DNA from: Clostridia bacterium
GTDB lineage: Bacteria > Bacillota > Clostridia > UMGS1883
NCBI GenBank assembly: GCA_045638945.1
Contig: JAZUCF010000024.1
Span: 93,275-157,274, forward strand
Length of the DNA stretch: 64,000 bases
Direction of reading: 5' to 3'
Shown here: in pieces, positions 34,709 through 44,084 of the stretch
Layout of the letters: each line of letters begins with the position of its first letter
How positions within the stretch are numbered: position 1 is the stretch's first letter
The notes under the pieces: generated by a model
Told to the model about the DNA's origin: nothing
The model's database searches: none
Seen by the model: only the letters and a program-made list of their open reading frames with translations
Program-made: the position numbers and the translations under genes

Positions 34709-37214
34709 AGTAGCTGAATTTACATAACTCGATATTCTTAATTCCAAACGGCGTTGCTTCTTCCTTTGAAGTGCGTAAAAGATTAAAGGGGGTGTTATAT
34801 ATTGTAATTTCGGCAATGGCGCCGCAGTCAAGGTTAAACACCTCAAGCCTTGGTGTTTCGCAGAAAAATGTGTGACTGCGTTTTCCTATTCTTATTTTAC
34901 ATATATCAAAATCGCCCTCGACAGATAGAATATTTCCGGATAAGTCCTTATCGGGGAGCTTTACCGCGTATGTAAGACCTCCGTAGTAATACGCCATACC
35001 TGATGCGGTTATATCGTTGGTGTAACTTTGAAGCCGCAATAGTGAATTTTCATTGCAGTCAAAATCTCCGCACAGATAAATCGGCTCAAAAGAGGTTATA
35101 TTATACGAATAAAAATGTGACGGAGTAATGCTGGAAAAATCAGGAGTATAGTTGTTGGATTTTTTATACTCAACGGCAAAGGTGTTCTTTCCGTCGGAAA
35201 TCAGGTCTGTTATATCTATTCCCATAAAGCGTGGGTCCTTTTCGGAGGGAATAAGATTGTTGAGCCTGTTTCCGTTAAGCTCGGCAAATTCAAGGTTATC
35301 AGCATTTTCAATATATGCCGTAACCTGACCGATATTTTCCTTATCCGCATTAAAGGGGTATTTAACCTTTACCGTTTCCCCGTCGGCAAGACGGTAGAAT
35401 TCCTTATGCAGATTATCTATGCTGTTTTCACGGTAGCTTTTCCGTCCGAAACAGGCATTTACATTCTTTAGCGGAAGAATGTTTTCATCTGCCGCAGAAA
35501 GAGCAAAGGGAACGTCACACACCTTTTCATGGGGAGCGAATTCAATATCGTCTGTAAAGGGCGGGGCAATATCGGCTGAAAGCTTATCGGAATATATAAG
35601 TACAGCAGTTTTGCCTGCCTTTATCTTGAAACTGTATTCGTCGTCAGCCAAGGGAATCGAATATATTTCTCCGCTCCCAGAGTCCACGGCAAAAAGCTTT
35701 TTTTCGCTGAGTTTGGCTGTTATTTTTGTATCGTTTTGGGCAGTGATAAAAATATACTCATCGCCATCGCTATATCGGCGGTTTATGGTTATCTCTCCAT
35801 CAGTATGCAAACCTCCAAAGGCTTCTGCCTCATATTCATCTGCTTTAGTTATTTTTCCTGTAAAACCGTCGGGAACACAGAAAGAGGAATCGCAGGAAAT
35901 TATGGTGTTGTAACGGCAATTTCCGATAATCAAATCACCTCCTGAAATTAGGGCGTGCTTCTTTATCAGGTTTTCCTCCATCATATGAAAGCCGATGCCT
36001 TGTTTCATAAGCTTAGCCGTAAGAGAGGCGAGAGAGTTCTCATCAAGCGGATTATATACTATAAGAATGTTTGCATTTGAAAGTGTGTTTGAGCTTAAAA
36101 AGGTAAGTCTTGAAAGCCTGTCCGATATATCTTTTTCTGCAAAGTCGGACATTGTCACCGTATGCTTCTCATACTTTCTTCGGTCTGATAGAGAGAATGC
36201 CACGCTATCGAAAATAATTCCGTCTGAGCCGAATCCCGTGAGAAATGCCGCCTTATTGTACCTCTCACAGCAGGGGGCAAAGGAGGGGAGCAGAAGCCTT
36301 ATGTAAAGAGACTTTTCAAACTGTTCGCTTATTGTTTGTGCAAGCTTGATTTGTATAAAATCGGGGTTTTCGCACTGAACCTTAAGTGCAATGCTGTCTG
36401 CTTTGATATATTGTGATTGTCGGGAAATATTTTTGTTTCCGTCTGCACTTACCGACAGCTCAAGGTTGTTTTTACGGCATTTTTCACTGATGATGCCTGT
36501 GAAATTGTCGGCAATACATTCCCCGAAGGCTTCATTGTATTTTTCGCAAATGTCACTATCCTTTTGTGTCAATTTCTCACAAAGAAGCTTCGTATCGGAA
36601 ATGCCGATTCGTTTTTGAACAGACGGGGAATAAAGACAAACATCGTCAGGCAGATTTATTTGTGTCATAAAAGCCTTGATTTCCATTCCGATAAATCTTT
36701 GACACTGCCTGAGATATTTATCATAGACTGTCTGTGTGAAACATTCCGTTACAAACGCATCGGTAATATCTGCAATAGCCATACGCCCTGAAGCACGCAT
36801 ACGGCTCATATCCCTGAGTACAATTGCTCTATCATCGCTTTCGCTTATTATTACGTCTGTTTTTTCAATATCCTTTTTTGAAACTTCTGAAACATCACGG
36901 ATTCTGTAGTCGGGAACGCTTGTTATTTCGCCTCCGCCACTTCCGCTTGCGGGAGAATTTTCATCGCATACACCCAAAGCAATGCCGTACTTTCCGCTTC
37001 TGCGTGCAGCGGTGCGGATAAGCTCGAAATAGTCCTCGGATAAATAGGGAAGCACCAGCCCCTTTGAGGGGCGAATAAAAACACGTGCAATTCCCATTTC
37101 CGAAAGCCTGTAAAGCATGGAATCTATTTCCTGGGCAGCGGGCTTTGCACACCAGTCCCATATTACGGAAGGGGAATATTCCTTGTATGTATTTTTGAAT
37201 TCACGTATATCCAT
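34707..37214 (-). CDS. Large cytoplasmic hypothetical protein (835 aa), possibly glycoside-hydrolase-like
   Basis: Long uninterrupted ORF with no signal peptide. The N-terminus (EIDSMLYRLSEMGIARVFIRPSKGLVLPYLSEDYFELIRTAARRSGKYGIALGVCDE) recalls uncharacterised glycosyl-hydrolase-like proteins of Clostridia. Function not supported beyond that. Confidence 0.45.
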   Translation of the reverse strand: MDIREFKNTYKEYSPSVIWDWCAKPAAQEIDSMLYRLSEMGIARVFIRPSKGLVLPYLSEDYFELIRTAARRSGKYGIALGVCDENSPASGSGGGEITSVPDYRIRDVSEVSKKDIEKTDVIISESDDRAIVLRDMSRMRASGRMAIADITDAFVTECFTQTVYDKYLRQCQRFIGMEIKAFMTQINLPDDVCLYSPSVQKRIGISDTKLLCEKLTQKDSDICEKYNEAFGECIADNFTGIISEKCRKNNLELSVSADGNKNISRQSQYIKADSIALKVQCENPDFIQIKLAQTISEQFEKSLYIRLLLPSFAPCCERYNKAAFLTGFGSDGIIFDSVAFSLSDRRKYEKHTVTMSDFAEKDISDRLSRLTFLSSNTLSNANILIVYNPLDENSLASLTAKLMKQGIGFHMMEENLIKKHALISGGDLIIGNCRYNTIISCDSSFCVPDGFTGKITKADEYEAEAFGGLHTDGEITINRRYSDGDEYIFITAQNDTKITAKLSEKKLFAVDSGSGEIYSIPLADDEYSFKIKAGKTAVLIYSDKLSADIAPPFTDDIEFAPHEKVCDVPFALSAADENILPLKNVNACFGRKSYRENSIDNLHKEFYRLADGETVKVKYPFNADKENIGQVTAYIENADNLEFAELNGNRLNNLIPSEKDPRFMGIDITDLISDGKNTFAVEYKKSNNYTPDFSSITPSHFYSYNITSFEPIYLCGDFDCNENSLLRLQSYTNDITASGMAYYYGGLTYAVKLPDKDLSGNILSVEGDFDICKIRIGKRSHTFFCETPRLEVFNLDCGAIAEITIYNTPFNLLRTSKEEATPFGIKNIELCKFSY

Positions 37215-37314
37215 AAATAATACCTCGTTTCATAATCAATATTTTACAATAGAATGAAAATTTCGTCAACTAAAATATTGTATTATAATTTGGCAAAAAC
37301 CAAATAAATTGGTA

Positions 37315-37343
37315 TTGACATTAATTGTGTTTTAAATTATAAT
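37315..37343 (+). promoter_or_regulatory. Consensus sigma-A promoter upstream of the malic enzyme gene
   Basis: TTGACA (37315..37320) - 17 nt - TATAAT (37338..37343). Confidence 0.6.
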
Positions 37344-37367
37344 GTACCTAATATTGGGAATTCGGGG

Positions 37368-37405
37368 TGTACTTATTTCCAAAGAAATGAGTGCACTTTT
37401 TTTTG
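37368..37405 (+). terminator. Intrinsic terminator inside the malic-enzyme 5' leader (attenuator candidate)
   Basis: GUGUACUUAUUUC-caaa-GAAAUGAGUGCAC, 13 bp including 2 G-U pairs, followed by T8. It lies between the promoter and the RBS/ATG at 37469. Confidence 0.55.
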
Positions 37406-37468
37406 AAAATGATACTTTGGGATACAAAGATAAAAACAAACTACAAATTCCCATGGGAGGTTTAAGTT

Positions 37469-38641
37469 ATGGATATTAGACAGGAATCATTGAAAAAGCA
37501 CTATGAATGGAACGGAAAAATAGAAGTTATTTCCCGTGCGCCCATCAACTCAAGAGAGGACCTTTCTCTTGCCTACACCCCCGGTGTTGCTGAGCCTTGT
37601 CTTGAAATAAGCAAGGATGTTAATAAGTCCTACGAGCTTACAAGACGTTCAAATCTTGTTGCCGTAGTTACAGATGGTACTGCAATCCTCGGACTCGGTG
37701 ATATCGGTCCCGAAGCAGGTATGCCCGTAATGGAAGGAAAGTGTGCGCTTTTCAAGGCTTTTGCAGATGTTGATGCTTTCCCTCTTTGCATAAAGTCAAA
37801 AGACGTAGACGAAATTGTTCGTACAATTTATCTTCTTTCAGGAAGTTTCGGCGGAGTTAACCTTGAGGATATTTCCGCTCCTCGTTGCTTTGAAATCGAG
37901 CAGAAGCTTAAAGAAATCTGCGATATTCCGATTTTCCACGATGACCAGCACGGAACAGCTATCGTTGTTGCCGCAGCTCTTATCAATGCGCTCAAGCTTG
38001 TTAAGAAAGAAATCGGAGAAGTAAAGGTTGTTATCAACGGTGCAGGCAGTGCAGGTATTGCTATCGGTAAGCACCTTATGAATATCGGTGTTAAGCACCT
38101 CACATTCTGCGACAGATTCGGTATCATCTGCGAGGGCGATGAGAACAATAACCCCGCACAGGAAGAAATTTCTAAGGTAACAAATCTTGAACACAAGAAG
38201 GGTACACTTGCAGATGCACTTACAGGTGCAGATGTATTTATCGGCGTTTCAGCGCCCAATCTTGTAACTCCCGAAATGGTTAAATCAATGGCAGCGGATG
38301 CAATAATGTTCCCCATGGCAAACCCCACTCCCGAAATTATGCCTGACGTTGCAAAGGCAGCAGGTGCAAGAGTTGTGGGAACAGGCCGTTCGGATTTCCC
38401 CAATCAGATTAATAACGTTCTTGCATTCCCCGGCATATTCCGCGGTGCTCTCGATTGCAGAGCAAGCTGCATCAACGAGGAGATGAAAGTTGCAACATCT
38501 TTTGCACTGGCTTCTCTTATCCCTGATGATGAAATCACAGAGGATAACATTATTGCTCCCGCTCTTGATAAGAGAGTGGCACAGGTTGTTGCCGAGGCAG
38601 TTGTTAAAACAGCTAAGGAAACAGGCGTAGCAAGAATCTGA
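37469..38641 (+). CDS. NAD(P)-dependent malic enzyme (oxaloacetate-decarboxylating malate dehydrogenase)
   Basis: 390 aa. LAYTPGVAEPC, VVTDGTAILGLGDIG, GGVNLEDI, NGAGSAGIA, ANPTPEI, NNVLAFPGIFRGAL. Confidence 0.92.
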   Translation: MDIRQESLKKHYEWNGKIEVISRAPINSREDLSLAYTPGVAEPCLEISKDVNKSYELTRRSNLVAVVTDGTAILGLGDIGPEAGMPVMEGKCALFKAFADVDAFPLCIKSKDVDEIVRTIYLLSGSFGGVNLEDISAPRCFEIEQKLKEICDIPIFHDDQHGTAIVVAAALINALKLVKKEIGEVKVVINGAGSAGIAIGKHLMNIGVKHLTFCDRFGIICEGDENNNPAQEEISKVTNLEHKKGTLADALTGADVFIGVSAPNLVTPEMVKSMAADAIMFPMANPTPEIMPDVAKAAGARVVGTGRSDFPNQINNVLAFPGIFRGALDCRASCINEEMKVATSFALASLIPDDEITEDNIIAPALDKRVAQVVAEAVVKTAKETGVARI

Positions 38642-38666
38642 CATTAGCGTAAATACATAAATACAG

Positions 38667-38710
38667 AAAATGACAATTTTGCACAATGCATAGTTGTCAT
38701 TTTTTGTTTT
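38667..38710 (+). terminator. Probable terminator of the malic enzyme gene
   Basis: aaaatgacaa / ttgtcatttt stem with a 17-nt loop, followed by a T-run. Confidence 0.5.
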
Positions 38711-38713
38711 GTA

Positions 38714-38722
38714 TGGTATAAT
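38714..38722 (+). promoter_or_regulatory. Extended -10 promoter element (TGgTATAAT)
   Basis: tatggtataat, about 75 nt upstream of the TTG start at 38799. Confidence 0.45.
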
Positions 38723-38798
38723 CATTATATATAAAATTTTATTTTGTAAAATTAAGGAACAAAAGATTTGTTTATCTTGTTGCTTGGAGGGGAAGAAC

Positions 38799-39848
38799 TT
38801 GGACGAAAGACAAATTATAAACTCGCTTATAGAGAGTGTATTAAATAATGATGAGTGCACTCGGGAATTTGAACTTAAGTTAACTGAATTTGTTAACGGG
38901 TTATCAAATGATAGTATTTTAATAAATTTGTTTAATTCTCAAGAAGATAATGAAAAGTTTTTGGGAATGTATGGATTGCTTGTATATTATACACATACGA
39001 TGGAGTATAATAAACTTAAATCCTTATTAGTCGGTAGTGAGAGCTTTTTTTTAAATAACAAATGCCTGGGGCATTTAAGAACTATTTACTATATAAATTC
39101 AGACGATTATTATACAGAAGGTGAATTGTTAAATCATCTTGAAAATGCATATGATGTTGTAATCGCATATAAAGAAATGGATAAATGGCATCCAGATAAA
39201 AAAATAAATGTTGAAGGATGTGCACATGCTTTTGCGGATTTATTTGTGACCTATTGTGAAAAACATGAAGAATCGAAGGATAAAATAGTAAGGAAGTGGT
39301 ATAAAAGAGCTTTTTTGGAAGTAAATACCGCTATAGAATTATCTCCGAAATCTGCAAAATACTATTGCACGAAAGGAAGGATATTATCTCAAAAACATCG
39401 CTATGAAGAAGCACTTAGTTTTATTCAAAAGGCGATTAACATAGAATCTCCTGATATACAAAAAGATAAATATACATTAAGAATGATGCAGTATCAGTCA
39501 CATAAACTTGATGTACAGGCAAGATTTCAGGTTTATAAACTTAATGCCGAGCAAAATGTAATTAATGAGGATATCGCGAAGATGAAAGACTCGCTGATGT
39601 CCAATGTTGAAACAATAGGTTTTTTTGCCGGAATTATCAGCTTTGTGATTGGAAGCCTGACTTTAGCTAACGGACAAACTGCTGGAGATGCAGCGGCGTT
39701 AATACTGATTCTTTTGGGTGCTTTGCTTGTTGTGTTTGATTGCTTCAGTTTATTGATACATATTGGAAAGAAAAATATATTTAAACATATTATCGTTCTG
39801 TTTGTAGGTATATTAATTATACTGGGAGGATTATTTCTTGTTTTATGA
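38799..39848 (+). CDS. Hypothetical protein: helical/TPR-like N-terminal region plus C-terminal TM helices
   Basis: I prefer the TTG at 38799, preceded by GGAGGGG, over the track start at 38694. TPR-like segment SAKYYCTKGRILSQKHRYEEALSFIQKAINIESPD. C-terminal hydrophobic helices IGFFAGIISFVIGSLTL, AAALILILLGALLVVF, IIVLFVGILIILGGLFLV. Confidence 0.5.
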   Translation: MDERQIINSLIESVLNNDECTREFELKLTEFVNGLSNDSILINLFNSQEDNEKFLGMYGLLVYYTHTMEYNKLKSLLVGSESFFLNNKCLGHLRTIYYINSDDYYTEGELLNHLENAYDVVIAYKEMDKWHPDKKINVEGCAHAFADLFVTYCEKHEESKDKIVRKWYKRAFLEVNTAIELSPKSAKYYCTKGRILSQKHRYEEALSFIQKAINIESPDIQKDKYTLRMMQYQSHKLDVQARFQVYKLNAEQNVINEDIAKMKDSLMSNVETIGFFAGIISFVIGSLTLANGQTAGDAAALILILLGALLVVFDCFSLLIHIGKKNIFKHIIVLFVGILIILGGLFLVL

Positions 39849-40021
39849 TTTTAATTGTTCTAGAAAAGCAGGGAAAATTTTAATGAGGATGCAATTTTTT
39901 ATAACGAAAAGCTGTTAATTGTTATAGATGCTGTAACACCTCTGACAAAGATTTATTTTACGCCCGAGGAGTCGGATGGTTGCTGGGTAACTAAAAAGAA
40001 CGGTTCCCCTTTTGCCTAAAA

Positions 40022-40043
40022 AAGACGAGGGAAAGACGAGGGA
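40022..40043 (+). repeat. Tandem 11-nt repeat aagacgaggga x2, flanked by gaacggttc(c/t)cct copies
   Basis: Exact tandem at 40022..40032 and 40033..40043. Flanking 13-mers at 39998..40010 and 40042..40054 (12/13 identical) can also pair as a 10-bp imperfect stem. Confidence 0.7.
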
Positions 40044-40139
40044 ACGGTTCTCCTGTCCTAAACAATATGATTTTGGGTCTTAACTTACCACAAGCCTATG
40101 CGTTAGAAATCAACGCAATGAAATAACAAAGGAGTACCA

Positions 40140-40673
40140 ATGAAAACGAAACTTACACCTAAGAATTTTTATACCAGGCTTTATAAAATGCTTGAAAATG
40201 TCACCCCTCTTGAAATAGACTGCGGAAGGCTTTGTGACGGTGCATGCTGCACTGTGACGGACGAAGTAACGGGAATGTATCTTTTTCCGGGGGAACGGGT
40301 GATGTATAACCCCATGCCCTCATGGGGTGAAATTCAAGATATTGATTTTACATATAACGGCGGAAAAAGTGTGGACTTTTTCACCTGTGAGGGTAAGTGT
40401 GACAGAACCCTCAGACCGCTTTCGTGCAGAATATTTCCCCTTGTGCCCTATGCAAAACGAGGGGACAAGCTCAGCATTATTATGGACATAAGAGGGAGAG
40501 GGATGTGCCCCCTTGCTACTGCAATGAAAATAGAAGATTTATCGCCTCTTTTTGTGGAGAGAGTTACAAAAGCGATGCAGCTTTGTATGCTTAACCATGA
40601 AACGAGGGAATTCATATATTCGCTTTCAGAATCCATAGATGAGATAAAAAAGATGGGGGAGGATTTCAGATGA
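40140..40673 (+). CDS. Cysteine-rich hypothetical protein (possibly YkgJ/UPF0153-like metal-binding)
   Basis: 177 aa. DCGRLCDGACC cluster near the N-terminus, further Cys at CEGKCD and CPLA. RBS AAGGAG. Family call is weak. Confidence 0.45.
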   Translation: MKTKLTPKNFYTRLYKMLENVTPLEIDCGRLCDGACCTVTDEVTGMYLFPGERVMYNPMPSWGEIQDIDFTYNGGKSVDFFTCEGKCDRTLRPLSCRIFPLVPYAKRGDKLSIIMDIRGRGMCPLATAMKIEDLSPLFVERVTKAMQLCMLNHETREFIYSLSESIDEIKKMGEDFR

Positions 40674-41587
40674 GTTACAATTTTGCAATTATTGACCTTG
40701 GCTCAAATTCAGTGCGTATGAACATAAATGCCATTGAAAAGGACGGGAGTTGGAGTACGCTTCAAAAACTGCGTGCAACCGTCCGTCTTAGTGAGGGAAT
40801 GAGCAGTGATAATTTCCTAAAGGAAAACGCCATGAACCGTGTTATAGATGCACTGTGCGATTTTTGCGATAAAGCAAAGGAATATAAGTGCGTAAGCATC
40901 GCCGCGGTAGCCACTGCGGCGCTTAGGAATGCGGCAAATAAAGAGCTTTTCCTTTCAAGAGTTAAGGAAAAGACAGGAATTGATTTTGAAATAATCAGCG
41001 GTGAGCAGGAGGCTTTCTACAGCTTCCTTGCAGTGCGTGAAACGGTGGGAATTGAAAACGGAGTAATATATGATACAGGTGGCGGAAGCACCGAAATCAT
41101 GCTCGTAAAGAATGGCGAAATAAAACACAGTGTAAGCCTTCCCTTAGGTGCTGTGATAATGACGGAGAAATTCAGAAAAAGCAGTCAGATGCATCTTTAT
41201 AAATATGTTTCCTCATACATAGGCGGTATAGATTGGCTTGACGAGTGTGAAGGACTTCCCCTTTACGGAATAGGGGGAAGTGCAAGAGCACTTGCCATGC
41301 TTTACAAAAAAGAAAATTTAGGGATTGATGCCTTTGACGGAATGAAAATTCCCTATGCATCCGTGGCGAAAATTTATCAGAATATTTTCGTAACCCCCGT
41401 TGAAAAACGAAAGGAAATAAAAGGTATGGAAATATCACGTGCGGATATTATATTGGCAGGGCTAACGCCGCTTAAGGTTCTTATGGATATGTGCGGAGGA
41501 AAAAGCGTAACAATATGTGCTTCCGGAGTGAAAGAGGGCGTATTTTTCAGAATGAAGGATGAGATTTTAAGGAGCAGTAACAAATGA
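40670..41587 (+). CDS. Ppx/GppA family phosphatase (exopolyphosphatase-like)
   Basis: IIDLGSNSVRM, ATAALRNA, DTGGGSTE (ASKHA fold motifs). Start overlaps the upstream stop. Confidence 0.8.
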   Translation: MSYNFAIIDLGSNSVRMNINAIEKDGSWSTLQKLRATVRLSEGMSSDNFLKENAMNRVIDALCDFCDKAKEYKCVSIAAVATAALRNAANKELFLSRVKEKTGIDFEIISGEQEAFYSFLAVRETVGIENGVIYDTGGGSTEIMLVKNGEIKHSVSLPLGAVIMTEKFRKSSQMHLYKYVSSYIGGIDWLDECEGLPLYGIGGSARALAMLYKKENLGIDAFDGMKIPYASVAKIYQNIFVTPVEKRKEIKGMEISRADIILAGLTPLKVLMDMCGGKSVTICASGVKEGVFFRMKDEILRSSNK

Positions 41588-42081
41588 GTGTAAATATCGT
41601 TTTGGTAGAGCCTGAAATTCCGCAGAATACAGGCAATATTGTCCGCACCTGTGCGGCGACGGGAACACGGCTTCATATAGTAAAGCCCATGGGCTTTGAA
41701 ATCGATGATAAAAAGCTTAAGCGCGCGGGGCTTGATTATTGGCATTTTCTGAATATCCAGTACTATGAAAATCTTGACGATTTTTTTGAGAAAAATAAAG
41801 ACGGCAGGTTTTTCTACCTTAGCTCTAAAGCCCCAACGGCATATACAGAGGTTAATTATAAGGACAATGATTTCCTCCTTTTCGGCAAGGAAACAAAAGG
41901 CCTTCCCGAAAAGCTTCTTATGGAGCATCCTGAGCGTGCCGTGCGAATTCCGATGATAAGCAGTGCCAGATGCCTTAATCTTTCAAATTCCGCGGCAATA
42001 GTTGTATATGAGGCACTAAGACAACAGAATTTCGCCTCGCTTACAAAAGAGTCGGATTACCTTTATGGAATAATAGACTGA
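41584..42081 (+). CDS. trmL: tRNA (cytidine(34)-2'-O)-methyltransferase (SpoU/TrmL)
   Basis: 165 aa. IVLVEPEIPQNTGNIVRTCAATG, LLFGKETKGLP, SLNLSNSAAIVVYEALRQ. Confidence 0.85.
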   Translation: MSVNIVLVEPEIPQNTGNIVRTCAATGTRLHIVKPMGFEIDDKKLKRAGLDYWHFLNIQYYENLDDFFEKNKDGRFFYLSSKAPTAYTEVNYKDNDFLLFGKETKGLPEKLLMEHPERAVRIPMISSARCLNLSNSAAIVVYEALRQQNFASLTKESDYLYGIID

Positions 42082-42122
42082 TTGTGCTTTTGAGTTGGAC
42101 ATAGACAAAGGCACATCAAAGT

Positions 42123-42169
42123 AAAAGGAGCTGTAGCAAAATGGAATTCATTTTGCTACAGCTCCTTTT
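42123..42169. terminator. Bidirectional terminator between trmL and the AraC-family gene
   Basis: aaaaggagctgtagcaaaatg / cattttgctacagctcctttt 21-bp perfect stem. It overlaps the 3' end of the minus-strand gene. Confidence 0.75.
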
Positions 42170-42935
42170 TGTCTTTTCTTACTTGAGCGGGAGTTTTACC
42201 TGTTTGCTTTTTATATGCACTGCTGAAATAAAGTCTGTTTGAAAATCCAAGCATTTCAGAAATTTTGTCTATGGGTAGATTGGTATGCCTTAGTAAATTT
42301 GTAGCTTCGTCCATTTTCAGCATCAACTGATATTTGTATGGAGGCAGGGAATATTTTTGCTTGAAAATTACCGAAAGCCTGTCCTTACTCAGTCCAACCT
42401 TTTCCGCGTAAGCAGATACGTCAAACTCGCCGTGTATAAAATTATTGTGAATATCCTCAGCAAGGGATGAAATTACACTGTCAGTCAATGGCTTTTCATT
42501 TATTGAATCAAGTGCAATCATGAGCAATTCATAAAGTATAGCAGAAACGAAACTGCCATGAGTACGATTTTTATGTATATATGCAATGTAAAGTCTTTCA
42601 AAACAATCGCGGAAAGCCTCGCTGCTGTAAATTTTAAAAACATTGCTTTTGAAGCTATGTTCCTCTTTAAACGATTCAGTATCCTTTACCCTGAAGCGTA
42701 CCTCCAATATGTCGGCATCAATGCTTTTTGAGCATTTGAAACACAGAAAATCGCCGACACATATTAAAACCGTATTTTTTGAAAATGCATACTTTGTTTT
42801 GTTAAGTATGCATTTTCCGCTTCCTCCTGAAATGAAAAGCAATATCCCCTCATCGAAAGGCAGATCATACTTATAAAGGTGCTTTTCACCGGAAAAATGG
42901 CGTTTATGTACTTTTAATACTTCAATATTTCTCAT
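42156..42935 (-). CDS. AraC-family transcriptional regulator
   Basis: 259 aa. N-terminal cupin-like region. C-terminal double HTH (YAEKVGLSKDRLSVIFKQ..., ISEMLGFSNRLYFSSAYKKQTGKTPAQ). Confidence 0.82.
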   Translation of the reverse strand: MRNIEVLKVHKRHFSGEKHLYKYDLPFDEGILLFISGGSGKCILNKTKYAFSKNTVLICVGDFLCFKCSKSIDADILEVRFRVKDTESFKEEHSFKSNVFKIYSSEAFRDCFERLYIAYIHKNRTHGSFVSAILYELLMIALDSINEKPLTDSVISSLAEDIHNNFIHGEFDVSAYAEKVGLSKDRLSVIFKQKYSLPPYKYQLMLKMDEATNLLRHTNLPIDKISEMLGFSNRLYFSSAYKKQTGKTPAQVRKDKKEL

Positions 42936-42941
42936 AAATTA

Positions 42942-43814
42942 TTACCTGTAAACGTGGAAACCGTTACCCACAATCTGTTGTGATTCGGAGAATATAATGA
43001 ACGCATCTGAGTCTATTTCCAGTATCTTTCTTTGGAATTCGGGAATTTCATTTTCTTTTAAAGCACACATAAGGGTTGACTTTTTCTGCATTGTGTACGC
43101 TCCTGTTACGTCGAAAATCGTCACCCCTCTGGGAGAGGTTGATACAAGTAGCTTAGCCACGTCAATCCCCTTATCCGTAACGATAAAGGCTAATTTTGAA
43201 ACGTTCAGCTTCTGAATCAACCAGTCAACGGCAAAGGTTGACACAAAGAGTGCCACAATACCCCAAAGGGTAAGGTTGATGTTACCAAAAACAATAAGCG
43301 AGGTTAATATAACCATAGCGTCCACAATCAAGAGGAGCTTGCCGATTTTGAAATGCGGGAAAAAGTGCTGAAGCAGCCTTCCCAAAATATCCGTGCCACC
43401 CGTAGAACCCCCGGAAAGCAGTGTCAGTCCGATTCCGAAACCGTAAAGAATTGAGCCAAAAAGGGAGGCTAAGACAATATCATCAGTCAATGCGGGAAGC
43501 TCGGAAAAAAGCTGTACAAATATGGAAATATTCGCCGCACCGATGATTGTTTTTACCACGAATTCTTTTCCTATAACTTTAAAAGAAATAAGCAGGAAAA
43601 GAATATTGATAACGGCAAAGGAAAGTCCCGGAGGGATTTTGGCAATATGATACAGAATCGTGGAAAGACCCGAAACGCCGCCGCTTACCACTTTGTTCGG
43701 CAGGTAAAATACGCTGATTCCGAATGCCGTGATAATAGGACCAATCAGAAACAGAAAGTTTTGTCTTAATTTTTCCTTTGAAAGAAAATTGTGTGCTAAT
43801 TGCTTATTATGCAT
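42942..43814 (-). CDS. YitT-family membrane protein (DUF161/DUF2179)
   Basis: Polytopic N-domain with GGVSGLS and GGSTGGTDI motifs. C-terminal DUF2179-like domain (RGVTIFDVTGAYT). ATG at 43814; the track start is 43847. Confidence 0.82.
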   Translation of the reverse strand: MHNKQLAHNFLSKEKLRQNFLFLIGPIITAFGISVFYLPNKVVSGGVSGLSTILYHIAKIPPGLSFAVINILFLLISFKVIGKEFVVKTIIGAANISIFVQLFSELPALTDDIVLASLFGSILYGFGIGLTLLSGGSTGGTDILGRLLQHFFPHFKIGKLLLIVDAMVILTSLIVFGNINLTLWGIVALFVSTFAVDWLIQKLNVSKLAFIVTDKGIDVAKLLVSTSPRGVTIFDVTGAYTMQKKSTLMCALKENEIPEFQRKILEIDSDAFIIFSESQQIVGNGFHVYR

Positions 43815-44084
43815 TTTATCACCCTTGTAAATATACTTAATTTGCAAGAAATAATTCTAACACAGAAGCACCCAAAAAGCAATATTAATCGGGTAAAAAC
43901 GCATAAAAAGAAAGAAATTTTGCTTAAAAAGAAAAAGATAGAAAATTTTAATGAGATATTGCGGAAACAAAGAAAAAATTATCTAAAATATCAACATTGC
44001 TTATAATTAAAAATATCGCACTAATTTTATGAAAAATAAGGTTGTTTTTTTCTACAAAATATTATATAATGATATGGTTAAGAG

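Noticed and set aside
37828-38403. Long antisense ORFs inside well-supported genes (e.g. 37828..38403, 38285..38860, 41377..41928, 44855..45634, 45806..46369, 47613..48185, 54817..55350, 10927..11466, 30622..31002)
   Set aside because: Each lies opposite a gene with clear family motifs, lacks an RBS, and has low-complexity or Cys/Phe/Ile-rich composition typical of antisense frames in AT-rich DNA.
39985-40035. preQ1-I-like sequence (ggttcccc...cctaaaaaagac)
   Set aside because: The resemblance is only superficial, an A-rich tail. No P1 stem of the right geometry is present. It is far (>100 nt) from the next RBS, and the downstream genes are unrelated to queuosine.
43848-44084. Expected Cys T-box leader upstream of cysE-cysS
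   Set aside because: The region is very AT-rich. It has no T-box consensus (no AGGGTGGTACCGCG-like sequence) and no specifier/terminator architecture. Only promoter-like TATAAT elements are present.
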